From Takakia lepidozioides (taxonomy: Eukaryota; Plantae; Bryophyta): 64,000 bases of DNA. Positions 33,701-47,300 of this stretch are shown one piece after another. The stretch lies in contig CM060731.1 of the NCBI GenBank assembly GCA_030704615.1, positions 62,434,001 through 62,498,000 on the forward strand, given 5' to 3'. The notes under the pieces are model-generated. The model made no database searches, was not told where the DNA came from, and was given only the letters and a program-made list of their open reading frames with translations. Each line of letters begins with the position of its first letter. The stretch's first letter is position 1. The position numbers and the translations under genes are program-made.

Positions 33701-34891
33701 CACCCTGCAGACAAACAAAAAGCACGTTATTAGTGTGAGGATCAAAATCAACAGAGACCCTTCAAACTGACAGCAGGCAGACTTGCACCTCTGTCGCTTA
33801 GGTCATGATCGTGGAATTCCACGCCACAACAACGAATGTGACTAAAATATCAAATTGGGCAACCAAACTTCGGCTTACAATTAACTCTGGCACGTTCAAG
33901 CACTTGTAAGCAAACCAGATGTATACCTGCTATCTCCAAGGATAATAACCTTCAGCAAGGTGCGCTTCCGAGCTGACATTGTTGCGTGCTTTCCGCCCTC
34001 CTTTCTGCGCCTCAACTGTAGCCTTGAATGCCCTCAAGTTCCACCCACAACAGGAACCTGCCGCTTCGATCCCTGCAGAAGAATGTTTGCATAAATTTCC
34101 ACAACAGCGATCAAGCACAACCGTGATCTAGATTCTCGAAAATGCACAGCCCTAATCAAAACTTCTGCAACCAAGCTCAACCTGATTATGTTTCAAGGCA
34201 AATCCGAATCCAAGCACGGCACAAGCAGTGCAGAATTGCTGTGAAGGTAGAAAGATGTGCTACAGCGAGGGTTGCTGCAGACCCCGCTCCAGATACACAC
34301 AATTGCAGGGCAGGGGCAGTGCTGTAAGATGAATGGTGCAGGACTGGATGATAACACATTGTGGATGAATGCAGACGAAGGTTCTGCATATAAGATGCCT
34401 TCATCACCTTTATAGTAGATACTGGTGTTGCAGAAGAAGGTTCTCCTTTAGTAGATACCCGCCACTTCCAGGTGTGTTGTATCTTTCAATTTTATGATAT
34501 CCGCAGTAAGCCCCAGTGAATGATTCTTACAGAATTGATCTGAAGTGAGTGTCTTGGAGAGCTGATGTGTGACAGGACTTGCAAACGAGTGTCAGGGTCT
34601 GAGCGCACTGGTTTGAATGCTGAGGGCACTACAATTGGGGTTGAGATTCACCAGAGAATTCGTGCCTTCTTGGTTTTCAGCTCCATTCCTGGACCGAGCT
34701 GTCAATATCCAAGCACCCTGACCACAGATTTTCACTGCTCTCAAGTCTCTGGATGCCACGAATCATCTCTGCACTAATCCCAATCCTCCCAATGTCACGA
34801 ATCCTTTCTGATGCTGAGGACGCTACTTGATCATCGTCAACACGGGATAGGGGAAAGCAGAAATTCTTTGGCTTACGGTTCACTTTGAGCA

Positions 34892-36910
34892 TCATTCCCC
34901 ACAAGAACAAACCCCATTTCGGATGTGGTGAAAGCGGTTGGCATCCCGTACAATAACTTCTCGATCAACAATCTTTGTAATGAACTTGGTGGCTGTGTGG
35001 CAGTCACCACAGACCCGAAGGTTCTTGATGATGCGTATAGGCATCTCGGCGGGGATGCTGATGAGTCCAAAAGCAATGGCCAGCTTCTCACTGTGGTAGC
35101 AGAGAGACAACTCCTCTTGCTCCTCCTCCACATCATGGAGTACAAAGTGTGTGTCAGGCATGTATCCAGCCTCCCTCATCGGCCCAGACAATCTCTTCAA
35201 CTCAGCATGGATTGCCTCGATCTGTGGATGTGATTTGTCTCCTACAAGGAATGCATGCATCTGGTCATTGACCTCGATGCAGCTGCGCCCTGGCTCCTTT
35301 CTGACACCTCTGTCCTCCATCATTTTTCTCACCATTGCTTTATCATTCCACCGGCCAGCTGCAGCATAGATGTTTGATAGGAGCACATATGCTGCAGGGT
35401 GCTGTGGATCCCACTTGAGAATGCATTTAGCAACACGTTCTGCGACCTCCACATTGCCATGAACTCTGCAGGCACCAAGCAAGGCCCTCCACACTGATGC
35501 ATTTGCTTCAATTGGCATCTTATTAACAAACACCTCTGCCTTCTTCAATTGCCCCGCACGGCCAAGAAGGTCCACTAAGCAGCCAAAATGCTCCACTGTA
35601 GGTGCGAGTCCGTAATCTCGACTCATGGAATTAAAATAATGGTGGCCTTCATCTATTAGACCCACATGGCTGCATGCAGAGAGAACTGAAGTGAGGGTAA
35701 TACCATCCAGCTTCAAGCCTTCCCGTTGCATTTGTTCAAATAGTTGGAGGGCCTCCCTTCCACATCCATGCTGAGCATATCCTGCAATCATCGCACTCCA
35801 TGAAACAACATCTCGTTTAACCATCTTGTTGAACACTCCACATGCATCCTCTACACTGCCGCATTTGGCATACATGTCCACAAGGGCATTTTCCAGTTTA
35901 ATGTATGGAGCAATTCGAGCTTTGATAATGTCAGAATGAGCTTGTTTGCCCCTTTCCAGAGCTCCTAGGCTGGCACATGCATTGAGAATGCAAATGAATG
36001 AGACCCTGTCAGGTGTCACCCCTTCTTGTTTCATTTGCTCATACAGAACAAGAGCCTCTCCACCCTGTCCACACTGAGCATACCCTGCGATCATCGCACT
36101 CCATGAGATCACATCTCGACTAGCCATTTTGTCAAACACTTGGCGTGCATCCTCTAGGCTCCCGCATTTGGCATACATATCAATAAGTGTATTCTCCAAA
36201 ATAATGTCTGATACAATTCCAATTTTGATGATGTCAGCATGAACCTGCTTGCCATTTTCCAGGGCTCCTAGGCAGGCACACACATTGAGAATAGCAGTAT
36301 ACATAACTCTGTCGGGCATCACCCCATCTCGATGCATTAGCTCAAAGATGTGGAGAGCTTCCTCAGCATGCCCATGCTTGGCATATCCGGCAATCATCAG
36401 AGTCCAGGTGAACACATCTCGTTGAGACAATTGCTCAAACAATTGTCGTGCATCCACCATGCTCCCACACTTGGCATACATATTGACAAGGGTGTTCAGG
36501 ACAAACATATTCGGCTTGAATTCATTTCGGATAATGTGGGCATGAACTTGCTTTCCCTCTGCCAAGGCTTTCAGCTTAATACACCCCTGCAATAGACAGA
36601 CGTAAGTAATGGAGTCCGCCCGAATGCCTTGTTGGTCCAAAATTTTCAGCGACTCTTGCAGTCTTCCCTCCTTACATAGTGTCCTCACATCGCCACAAGT
36701 GCCAGGAGTAATCTTGTTGACTCCCTCTCTTGCCTCTTTTCTGTGCCTTACTGGGGGCTCTTTCTCTGGACATAAAGTGAAAAAAATTCCCAACATACCA
36801 GAGATTAAGATATTGAAGAAGCCACTGAAGATGCCATGATGAACTGCAGTCCGTAACACCAAACTACTTGTCACAGACGAGGTGTAGAGAGAGTGCCTTG
36901 CAAATGACAA
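34892..36910 (-). CDS. PLS-class PPR protein with E and DYW deaminase domain (organellar RNA editing factor); start uncertain; ends CSCGE*
   Basis: Three MYAKCGS-type PLS triplets, E motifs, PG box KEPGRSCIEV, HSEKLA, NLRVCGDCH, RFHH...CSC. Confidence 0.95.
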   Translation of the reverse strand: MSFARHSLYTSSVTSSLVLRTAVHHGIFSGFFNILISGMLGIFFTLCPEKEPPVRHRKEAREGVNKITPGTCGDVRTLCKEGRLQESLKILDQQGIRADSITYVCLLQGCIKLKALAEGKQVHAHIIRNEFKPNMFVLNTLVNMYAKCGSMVDARQLFEQLSQRDVFTWTLMIAGYAKHGHAEEALHIFELMHRDGVMPDRVMYTAILNVCACLGALENGKQVHADIIKIGIVSDIILENTLIDMYAKCGSLEDARQVFDKMASRDVISWSAMIAGYAQCGQGGEALVLYEQMKQEGVTPDRVSFICILNACASLGALERGKQAHSDIIKARIAPYIKLENALVDMYAKCGSVEDACGVFNKMVKRDVVSWSAMIAGYAQHGCGREALQLFEQMQREGLKLDGITLTSVLSACSHVGLIDEGHHYFNSMSRDYGLAPTVEHFGCLVDLLGRAGQLKKAEVFVNKMPIEANASVWRALLGACRVHGNVEVAERVAKCILKWDPQHPAAYVLLSNIYAAAGRWNDKAMVRKMMEDRGVRKEPGRSCIEVNDQMHAFLVGDKSHPQIEAIHAELKRLSGPMREAGYMPDTHFVLHDVEEEQEELSLCYHSEKLAIAFGLISIPAEMPIRIIKNLRVCGDCHTATKFITKIVDREVIVRDANRFHHIRNGVCSCGE

Positions 36911-38362
36911 AGTGAGTGTGATAGTTTACAAAATTGAGCAGTCCCTGTGAACCGTGACTATGTACCACCTGTGAAGGACATAACAGAGACGGTGGCCTAC
37001 CATCAGCAGTAGTCCTTGCACTTGAAAATACTCCCATGTGTCCCAACCCCGTCCCCTGCCTTCCACCACCTGCACGTCTCTACCATTCTGGAGACTATAA
37101 TTACTGATTTTCTTCCTCTGCCTCTGCTCATGCTTCCGCACACCTCAAGCTAATCCCATGTTTCCCTCGTCTCTTTATCCGCAACCCTCCCCTACTCCAC
37201 AAGACTAGAACATACACTGCAGCGAATTCGATTTTTGCCCGTAGTGGGTTTCCAGCTCTCTGACCTCTGCGAATAGGACCAATGGACCGCTGGGCCCCGA
37301 ATCATGGGGACTCTAAATAGATCTGGCAAAAAAGTAGACAATTCCTTGACACGATAACTGGGCAAGTCAAGACGGAGTCCCAATCAATGTCTTGGAGAGA
37401 AAGAATGTAAATCAGAAGCACATGAGTTGTTACGTACTGGCGGGTGGGCGAGATAGCAGACGTGATTTTAAGAGAGCCAGGGTCATTCGCCTGCCTACCA
37501 TGCCCTTCGTCCAGCTGTTACCAACTCCATTACAGGTTTCACTTGAAAATGAATCTCGAGCACCCCTCTGCCGACCTTTCTTCACCAAACAACGATCTCA
37601 CCATCGCAACTGCGTACCCATACCTCCCTCTCCCCCTGTCACCCACCAAGAGCTTTAAACCCGAAACAATTCAGCCTACAATTCTGACGTTTTCCCACTC
37701 GGCCATCTCTCACCAATCTCGCGAAGCTTTTCTTCTACTCAATACGACAAGCTTGAGATCTTCCACCTTCCATGCCGAGTCCGCCCCCGACATGAATCTC
37801 AAGAAACCCAGATTCCCATATGACCTAAATATCAAATATAATCACCTATCGATGTCCTTTCCGAAGTAAGTACATACAATTTCAGTCGCGCAAAGCACTG
37901 CGTCCTAATTTCTTGAGGCACGAATGCGTGGGGGGGTATTAAGATTAACTTTAACACCATCAATCCCGAATGAATGTTGGGGGATCCAGTTGGAGGCTAA
38001 ATCTCTTTGACAGGTTCCAATCCAGGCACCACGTGTTGAAGTTGTACCTTCGCCACTTTTGCGAATGGGAGGGTACAAACCTAGAATTTTGAATCTCGGA
38101 CAGAGTCGCAGGCTTGAGAATCCATGTTAGTGACCAGTGCTGGAATCTTCTCGATGGACAGGAGAACACAGCAAGGAGAGAGCGCTTCGAGTGTTGAGGA
38201 AGATATGGACTGCAACGACTGCCTCCAACTTCTCCAGTGTTGAGTAAGATGTTGCGAATTATAGCGAATGCAATGAGTTCCTCTAACGGGAGGCTGCCAG
38301 GGGTTGCTTTGAGCCAGCCATTCCCCGGTTGTCTTAGCAAGGGAACAGAGGAATGCAAAAAA

Positions 38363-41300
38363 ATGGCGGGGATCGCTACCTGTTCAGCAACACAAGCGGT
38401 TTCCGTTTTGAATTCCGTTTTGAATCCAATTTCCCAGAGTCTTGGTTACTGTGCGTCGCCTTGGCACAGGGACTCCTGTTATTTTAGGAGGCTGAGGATT
38501 TTGAGAAGATGCAACAACTGTCGTTTGCTCACGAGTCCAAATTGCTCACCTTCACCACTTGGATTCAATGCTGCTTCGTGTAGTCGGTTTCTGCTTGGGA
38601 AATTTCCAGGTCTTCCCCTAATCCATCTTGGTTTCTCTACTGCCAATCTTAGTTTCCTCGTATTTGTGCTTAATTTTTCGGATATCTACACTTCACTTCA
38701 TGATGACTACTAGGAAGGCTGTTTTAAGGGCCCAGACATTTGGGAGTTTGGAGTTCGTTGTTCCAATCGCCTGTCTAGCGGCCATGGGCAGCTTGCCCCA
38801 AGATTTTTCCTTCCTACTAAGCCCCAGCTTGAGCCCTAAGCCCCACATGTAGTGGTGGACCAGGACATGGCTTTGGAAAATCCACCTTACTGACAGAACA
38901 CTGATGGCACTAGTAGACCGCCACTTAGATATTCAATACATCCAAGCGGTGACATGAGAATTAAGCTGTTGTGAACACGGCAATCTGATTCCCTCAATGC
39001 AATGTCTGGATGGAGAGAAAAATTTGAAAGTTTATTACCAAAGTAAAGCTGTGGTTTGCTTGGGTTTGAGGGTTTAAGGTCAGTCTTGGAGTATCTTGTT
39101 TGCAGGAGGGTCTAACTCTAATCTAAATCCCGTAGTTCTTTTCTTGACCACTACAGAAGGTATACTTCTGAAGCCGTCTTTCTTTGTCTGTGCAGGAAGG
39201 GCTGTTTATGATCCCGTAACCATCGCCTGTGCACCTTGTTCATTTGTGACTCATTTGGAGCCCAATACGAATGCTGTGCGGTCTCGTGTTGACTCCGCTG
39301 TCGAAATACTTACCCCGGTAAATATTCAATAGTGGAGGGGGAGAAAGAGAGTGGGGGAGAGGTTCGCCACAGAGAGTCTCATGACCAGATACATGTTTGT
39401 CTGACAAACTAATGCATCAGTTTGTCTGTTATACACAATATGTGTCACTGCTGGTTTATTACCATCTGATGGCATCTATTGGCAGGCACTTGATGATGGG
39501 AAGTTGCTGAAGGCAATGGTGTATGAAGCACAGCATGGGTTCTCAAATGTATCTGGAATATCCACACGGTAACCCCCTGGATTATACACTCCGCTGATGT
39601 ATGAATTTCTTTCACCATCAATTGTCTTTTATGTTTCTTCCTACAGTTCTGCTTCTGAGCCAATGACCCACCTTTTGCATTTGTCTGGTTGGTAGGCAGT
39701 GTACGTCACCTCCCCCCATTGTGCTTTCTTTCTCCCATGGGCCCGTTGAGCTACATGTGGTCATAGAAATTCCTGTGTTCATTTTCTCTTGGGGACCTCC
39801 TGTGGACAGTCTAATAATTTCCTCCTCTCTTTCTTTCTTTCTCTCTTTCTTTCTTTTCGCGGACGTTATAAAGTACCATTTCATTTCATTTCTCTTTGTC
39901 ACACAAACTGTGCATGGGGTCTATGGCCACAGGCTACGGCCCACAGCATCTTACCTTTGTCACAATTGGACTGGAATGAACCTTGGTAGTATGATGTCAA
40001 TATCCCAGCACCTAGATTAGTTCTCAGTTACCTGTATCCAGATGGTCAGCGTGCAAGTGCTCTGGCAATTTGGGTTGAGTCTCAGGTACTCCTGGGCTTA
40101 AGCCCCGCAACCAGCTGTGGGAGTGGCATATGGGAGACTCTTGCATATTGTAAGGAATGATCAAGTCGATGACTACATTCTCTCTCCCTCTCTCTCTCTC
40201 ATGTTTTCTTCCATTTTGTCCCATAAGCTCTATGAGCTTTATGCGGACGTTATAAAGCACCATTTCATTTCATTTCTCTCTCTCTCTCTCTCATAAACTA
40301 AGAAGCCTACCTTTGAACAGCAAATAGATGCAGAGAGGAACGAGGGATTGCAATTCCCTGTTGTGTGGGCAACCTGAAGACAATATTCATTTTCTGATTC
40401 ATTGTCCTGGGTTCTCATGAGAGAGACGCCCTCTTCAAATCCATCAAGGGAATTGTGCCTGAACCCCTGTTTACCAACTTTGAAAGTCTCGAGGCTGAGC
40501 CTAACAGCCCAGGCCCTTTTGGGGCCTAGGTATTGGGCAAACCACTCCCTTTGTGTTCAGCTCAAACTGAGCGCAGGGTCAATGGCACAAGGCTACGGCA
40601 AACAACGTCTTCTGAGTACATTCTCTCTATCTCATAAACCCTGGTGGGTGCAAACCTCACAATAGGCTTGGGAGGGTAAGTTTACCGCGGGATGCTAACG
40701 TTCGCAAGGGAACGCGTACATTCTCTCTACCTCATCCCACCCTCCTTTCGCAAGTCAGCATTGTGCAATTTTGCACTCTTTTCTGGTTCTTCTCTGCTTC
40801 CATTAGTGTTAGCTGGACCATGTCCATGGAGGCTTGTTGAGGGTGTGTAATACTCTGCACTTTTTTCATGCTCCAGATTTGGCGACTTCTTAGTTTCACA
40901 GCTTTCACTTCGTTCGTCCATGGCTGGTGGCTCCTTTTCATCTTTGGAGGATGATGCCAAGCTGTATGATCAGATGGCCTCTGTGGATCGTGCTCATCTA
41001 CTGGACAGAGTATGCCTGCAAATCACCAAGTAAATGTTTTTTGCAGAGATCGTGATTTCTTGTAATCATCATGTGAGTTGAGTGCATTTTCCCATTGCCA
41101 GCTTTTGTCCTGCTGTCCAACTTGTTGTTTCCAATTTAAGGTTGTAAGGGATGGACACATTTTCCCCTGAAGGTTTTTAGATTCAATTTGGAAGTAGGCA
41201 ATCTTGCAAGATATATGAGTACGGCTGAATTGTGACAATGCGTCATTTTGGCAGGTGGCTCAAGTCATGGGTTTTCTTGACATTCAGGATCTGATGATTC

Positions 41301-44300
41301 ATCATGTTGCTTTAAGAGAGGCTAGCCAAGATCTTCAAGAACCTCCGAAAAGAACACTCGCGAAGCAGTCTGGAACTGCAACTAGGGGAGTCGAAAGTAA
41401 ACTGTCTTCAGATCAAAGGCAAGGAGGAGAGGATGGAGAGGGCGATGGGTGCCAACGTAGCACACAACAAGCCTCCTTGAAACCATTGCCTTCTGGGATT
41501 GTGTTTGGAAGTAGCGAGCCAGTGGAGCTATACAACCCAACAGCGAATGGCACATCAAACTCAGGTTTAGATGCAAGTTCCGCTGGCTGTAATGATGGCA
41601 TTTCTGCGGGTATGTCTGATTGTCAGGTAGGAGCGGTTCACGAGAAAGTGGTCCGACAAGCTAGGAAGAAAGTTACAAAAACTTCGGTGGGTGGCCGGTC
41701 CATTCGGACTCGAACAAACGGTGACCACGCTGTTGTCTTGGACCGCCAAAGCTCCCACACAGTAGCACTAGGAGCGAAGATACATACAGAAAGATGTGAT
41801 GTGTACAAAGACTATGTGCTTGACACACCTGTGAGTGTTCTCAAGGATTTCTCGTCTTACCAACGCTCTCGACTGGATGAAAACGGTTTCCATACTGTGA
41901 GTGATCCTCAACCCTCTCATCATCTCGTTATCTATTTCACATCGGATTACACTGCAGTTGTGACTTGAGTTATGTTTGAGCCAAGTTGAAGAAGCCCCTC
42001 TTAGGTTGGTATTTGCATGTATTTAGTGGCAAGTTGTTCTCAACTTGTCTGTGCTTGTCTTTGTACATGTGGGTCAGTTCTCAATGCACAGATACAAAAG
42101 ACAGGTATTCAATCAACCCTTGGATTGAGTGTGCAGGTCCGGAAGCTGCTCCAGCACTTTCCACGGGCATATGTGAACTTCCAGCAGGCAGGACAGAAAG
42201 TGGAGGACGGGCTGCACCTCAGTTTTGTGGGAACAATAACTTCATCCAAGTAATTATTCCATTGCTGCTGGACTCGGTATAATATAGTTGTAAATATAAT
42301 GAATTACGATTTGGTAAACTGATTTTTATTACTGTCAACTGTGAAATGTAGCTGTCATATGCACGTCTGTTGGCTGAGATCACTCGCTTTGTCCTGATTC
42401 CTCACTACCTTGCTCCACTGGATGATATCACTGCAATGTCCCCCGCTTCTCTCTGGAGCAAAAGAGAAAGTAAGAACCTTTTCTTTGCAAGTGATCCTCT
42501 CTGAAGAAACTAGATAGAAAGTTTGGTTTTGCAAGAAAATCCTTCCTCTTGTATGCTCTCAGTTTGAACGTTCAACAGTACTATATTGCAAAATGCTGTA
42601 TCTCAGTGTAGAAACACAGAGCTGTTATACAGGTTTCAGGAGTAGCTGTGTGATAATCAGTTACAGCTCCCTTAGGATCATAACCTTAATTTTATCAAAA
42701 TTTTGACCTGCTGATTTCTAGCTCGCACATGGGGGAACAGAGGTATTCGACTGGGGCCCAGCTTGGCTATGGTTGAGGTGGTCGTCAAGAGCAAAGTGGA
42801 TTTGGAGCAGTCCCCAGATGAGAATGGAGATTATGAGGAGGAAGATTCAGCAAAGGAAAGAAAGATTGTATTTCTCCACCTCAAAAAGTTTTTCCGGGGT
42901 GCTCGGTTTACAAACCCATGGTTTCTGAACAAGATGTCAAGCAAAAACCCTGTGTCTGCTCAAGTGGCAGTCAGTGGTAAGGTGCGAATCCTTTGTAGTA
43001 TCTTAAATTGTGTCAAATGTCGTTACTTCATAAGATCCCATCACAAGCCTTTTGGAGTATGATTGGTGTCTCATGCAATGCTTGCTAACCTGAGGAGCTG
43101 CCTCCATAGTTTGGGAAGTACATGAGTCTACGTACGCAATGTGATTCTTAAGTCGGAGGAAAATCATGGTGTCCTCTGGGCCACTTGGATGGATCTTTCT
43201 GTCTCTCTTTTTATATTCATTTTATGTGTTAAAAGACAAAATGGCCAAGACCCTGGATCAAACTTTCTTAGAAAATAGAGGTTCCTGGTCCTTGGCAGTG
43301 GCCTTCAGCTATGAGGAGACGAAGTGTTTTAGCAGCTTCGTATGAGGCACTCTGTCCCTGAGTGACGTTTGCGATAGTCTGATAAATTCTTTTGGTTGTC
43401 TTGTGGTTACACTCTCTCCACTGCCTTTGGTTGTGATGAGTTTCTTTCTTTCCTTCTCTCTTCTGCTCCCCCCTCAGCCCTCTGGGCATCTCAGGAACAG
43501 AATTGCTGTCTGTTTGTCTGTCTACTTCCTCTCTTACATAAAAACACTTTGTAACAGGTGAAAGCATTGCCTCTAGAAGATCATTTTGAAATAAGGGAGT
43601 ACAATCTGGAGTTTTGGGACCGCGACAGCGATGATCCTGGATTGGTTGCTAGCACCAGTGAGGAAAAATCAGAGTTGGAGATGACTGGGAAGCCTTATCC
43701 TGTCTATTCAGCTAAAGGCGGACTCCAGCCCAAGACGATTGAGTTTTGCATTCAAAGGTTGTAATGCAGTATGTTATGAAAAGCTTAGACATTGGAGATA
43801 TGACTAGGCGCCTCACCCTGTCCAAGAAACTACATACTATGAGGCCGAAGTAGCAGGGTGAGAGGGAAAAGTTCAGGGAGGGACACAAGAGAGCAAGAGA
43901 GAACGTTGAGGGAGAAGCACAGACTGACGATCAGACTTCAGAGAGTAGCAAGTTTGTCATACATTTAGGCCGATTGAGTTCTCTTAAAGTGTTTTATCTC
44001 CATGTCCTTTCACATGGATGGCTTGTAGCTGCTAACTTTCTCAGCGAACAGATACAACTAAACTTCGTGGCTGTGATAAACTCATACCAGGATACTGCCA
44101 GAGCTGCCTATGGACCTGGATCCTCTACCCAAAGATGTTCGGGAGAAGTGTGGGTTGGTTGAGCTACGGCAGGTATACCTCCGGCACCTCTATCTATCTA
44201 TCGTGAAAATACTTGACAAATGTCTCTGTATTTTCTATAGGTCAGTAAGTTCACTAATCACTGACACTTTTGCACTGTACCGTCACAACAGCATTTCAAT

Positions 44301-47300
44301 GGATACCAGAGTGAGGGCGATGTGCTTCTTGTCTCTACTATTTCTGTCAATGAGATAGGAATACCATACTTGCCTATGCTAATTGTCAGGACCCTGCCGG
44401 ACTAATTAATTTCTCTTGAAGAAGGGGTCCGGCATGCTTTTCTGGAATTTCTGAAAATCCGGCAGTGATCATGATAAATAATAAAAAAGCAGAACATTTG
44501 CATGTGTACATGCGTAGTGTAATGGTAACACGCAAGATTTTGGCAGGGCAGGTCTTGTGGCCAAATATGCATAACATTCGGCACTGGAAGGGCTATAATT
44601 TCAAATTATTCGGCAGCCTCTTTTTGGATTTAATTATTATCGGACAGCGTAGGCAGGTACGGTAATCAATGTGCTGGCATGGCAGGCATACTTGGGAATT
44701 CATACTCCGTCAGATGCAAAGCATGCCGAACAAGCTCGCCAAAGACTTGTATTCGATGAGTTTCTCTACCTTCAGGTGACCAAAATTTATTCTCACGGAA
44801 GTGCTTACTGAAAGGAGGAGGTGTGGGCTGATGATGGTCTTGTGGCTACTGTAATAGGACATTGGATTGCCTTACGGGATTTGGGCCAAGTCAGTCTGTT
44901 TAAAGGACCAACCACATGTTATTGAAGTGAGCTGAAGTGATATTGGTACGTGAGCTAATCGCAGCGTCATATGAACATTAAGGCTATTGCCTGGCTGCCA
45001 TGGACAAAAAATACGGCTAAAACAGCCAGCTGAATGTATCTCGTTCGAGACAAACTTGGTTGTGTTGTTTCTTAAGGGGAGGATGTGATAGAGCAACTCC
45101 AAGGCCAATACATCACACAGAATTCATTTCAGTCTTTCCTGCTGCATCATGGTCTGATTGACTGTAAGACCAGGGCCTCACAAGAGGGGCGGACTTTTGC
45201 AGTTGGGGTTGCTGCTGCAGAGACAACAACTGACTGAAAAATATCTGGGAGAGGTGGGGATGGCAAATGTGGCCGAGAGTGGCATGCTGGAGATGGAAAA
45301 ATGGTCACCATTGGCCTTGAAGCTAATGCACTTGCTGCCATATTCGTTAACTCAGTCTCAGATCAGAGCAACTTCAGAAATTATGTGGGACCTTCAATCA
45401 GCTGTACCCATGAGCCGTCTTTTGCAGGTCAGTAACAATTAAATTCCACTCTTGACATTCTTCACAGGTACAGACCAGATGTCCAGCTTTAGCGCCTCAG
45501 ACGTTGTTCTCTTTCTTCTGCTAAACAACTCTGGATGCATAGCCTTTCTTTCCAGATTCTTATTACTGCTGTGCTTGTGAGAGCAGATGTTTATTTTCTG
45601 AACTGATCATTCTCTTTGCAGGGGGATGTGGGATGTGGGAAGACCATTGTTGCATTCCTTGCACTCCTTGAAGTTATTGATGCTGGCTACCAGGTCTGTT
45701 CCCTGGTTGTTGGAAAGTATTTTGCTTTTGGACTAGATTTCATTTTTTGAAGCACGTGAAATTGTATGTATAGTAGTGTTTTCCAAAAGATTCGATCTGC
45801 TGTAAAGAGAAAAGAAAGATAAGTGGACATTGAAACAGACAGATTTAAGGCAAGAGGAAAACGATGATTTTCAAGGCAAGGAGAGAGAGAGCCAGGGGGG
45901 AAGCGACCAACCTATGTGGGTAAGTTGTACTCTGATGTGCGCTGTTTTGGACACATAGGGAGCACTTATGGCACCCACGGAGTTTCTGGCATTCCAGCAC
46001 CATGAAAGGATCACAGGCTGGTTGGAGATGTTGGAAGAAAAGGAGAGGCCACGGGTAGCTTTGTTGACGGGGTCCACCCCTTTAAGCAAAGCTCGCACTA
46101 TTCGTAATGTATGATTCCCCTCCTGTTGCTATCATTCCCTAACTAACCGGCCTCTTTCCCCTTTCAACAGCATAATGCTCGTGCTCTGCACTTTTCTCTC
46201 TCTGGGTCCCTCTGCTCTGTCTTCCCTCCAGCGGAATCCAGGTGGAGCTGAATTTTGTGATGGACTGCAGGGATTGGAGAGTGGGGAGATTTCTTTGGCA
46301 GTTGGGACCCACAGTTTGATATCAGATAGTGTCAGATTTGCCAGTCTTGGTTTGGCCGTCGTTGATGAACAGCATCGCTTCGGGGTCGCTCAGCGTGGTC
46401 GCCTCAATAACAAGGTGCGTGTCTCTCTGTGGGCTTCTTCTGTACACTCTTAAGTCCATTTCTTTCATTTTTCTTCCCCATGGACTCTGAGGCCTCCCCT
46501 GTTGCTGTAAGCTTTCCACCTCTTTTGAGGGCGTTGGTCACCTAATTTGTTGGTTCTCATACCCTGGGGATTGAGATGGAGCGATGGAATGGCACACCCC
46601 CTGACCTTAGAATTGTTGGTGTGTACCACCCAGGAAGTAGAAACGGTACCATTAATTTTCACTGTCTATGAGATCTCATAACTTTATCTCCTTAGCGACT
46701 CTGAATCTTCTCTGAGGCCATCAGCTGTAAGGACCAGAAGTGCTCTGCAGCTTACCTACATGGGGCAGTTCTTTGGGGGGGGGCTTTTGATATGAGTTTT
46801 ATGTTTGTTGCAGTTTTTCCCATGGATCCTCTAGGCTCCCCGTGAACATTATAAAGTTCCTTTCAGCTTACCATTTCTTTTCCTCCTGTCCTGCTCATTA
46901 TGAGATCTGAGGCGTATACCCGTCTTTGGCAGAAACTTTCAGCTTTGAGGATGCAAAGTGCCTGGCAGCCTACCTGCATGAGGCACTTCGTCTTCAGGGG
47001 TGGTTTGATGTTTACTGAAGTGGTTTCTTGTTGTTTTACTTTGTCTGTGGAGGTCATAAAGTTTCTTTCTTTCCATTTCATTTCCTTCCTTCTGAGTGTC
47101 ATCATGATCTGTTGATGACTAACCCCTCCAACATTCAGTGGTACCCCTTTGTCTCTGAGCATTCTCCTTGTTCATAGTGTTTCTTTAGATGCATTCAAAC
47201 CGCTCGGGCTTCAAGTTAAGTTGCAACGTAAGAGAAGCCTGAGTTGCTGCTGTGGCTTGGTGTTTCAGGTTCGTGATGCTGGCATCTTACTAGGTGAGGA

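Larger units (their letters stand above)
28113..33979 (-). pseudogene. RABG3: Rab7/RabG3 pseudogene, 5' exons (33927-33979, 33678-33704, 33432-33531, truncated exon 28113-28133)
   Basis: Spliced translation [66 protein letters not shown] with GT-AG sites. P-loop G>R and switch-I T>K substitutions; LINE in intron 3. Confidence 0.9.

Noticed and set aside
35055-35075. Hammerhead ribozyme core (CTGATGAG)
   Set aside because: Antisense of PPR coding sequence with no matching GAAAC and stems; the same holds for other CTGATGA hits noticed
43270-43452. Further remnant of the (CATTT)n LINE family (EIRG..., FSYEETKC)
   Set aside because: Too diverged to support by eye
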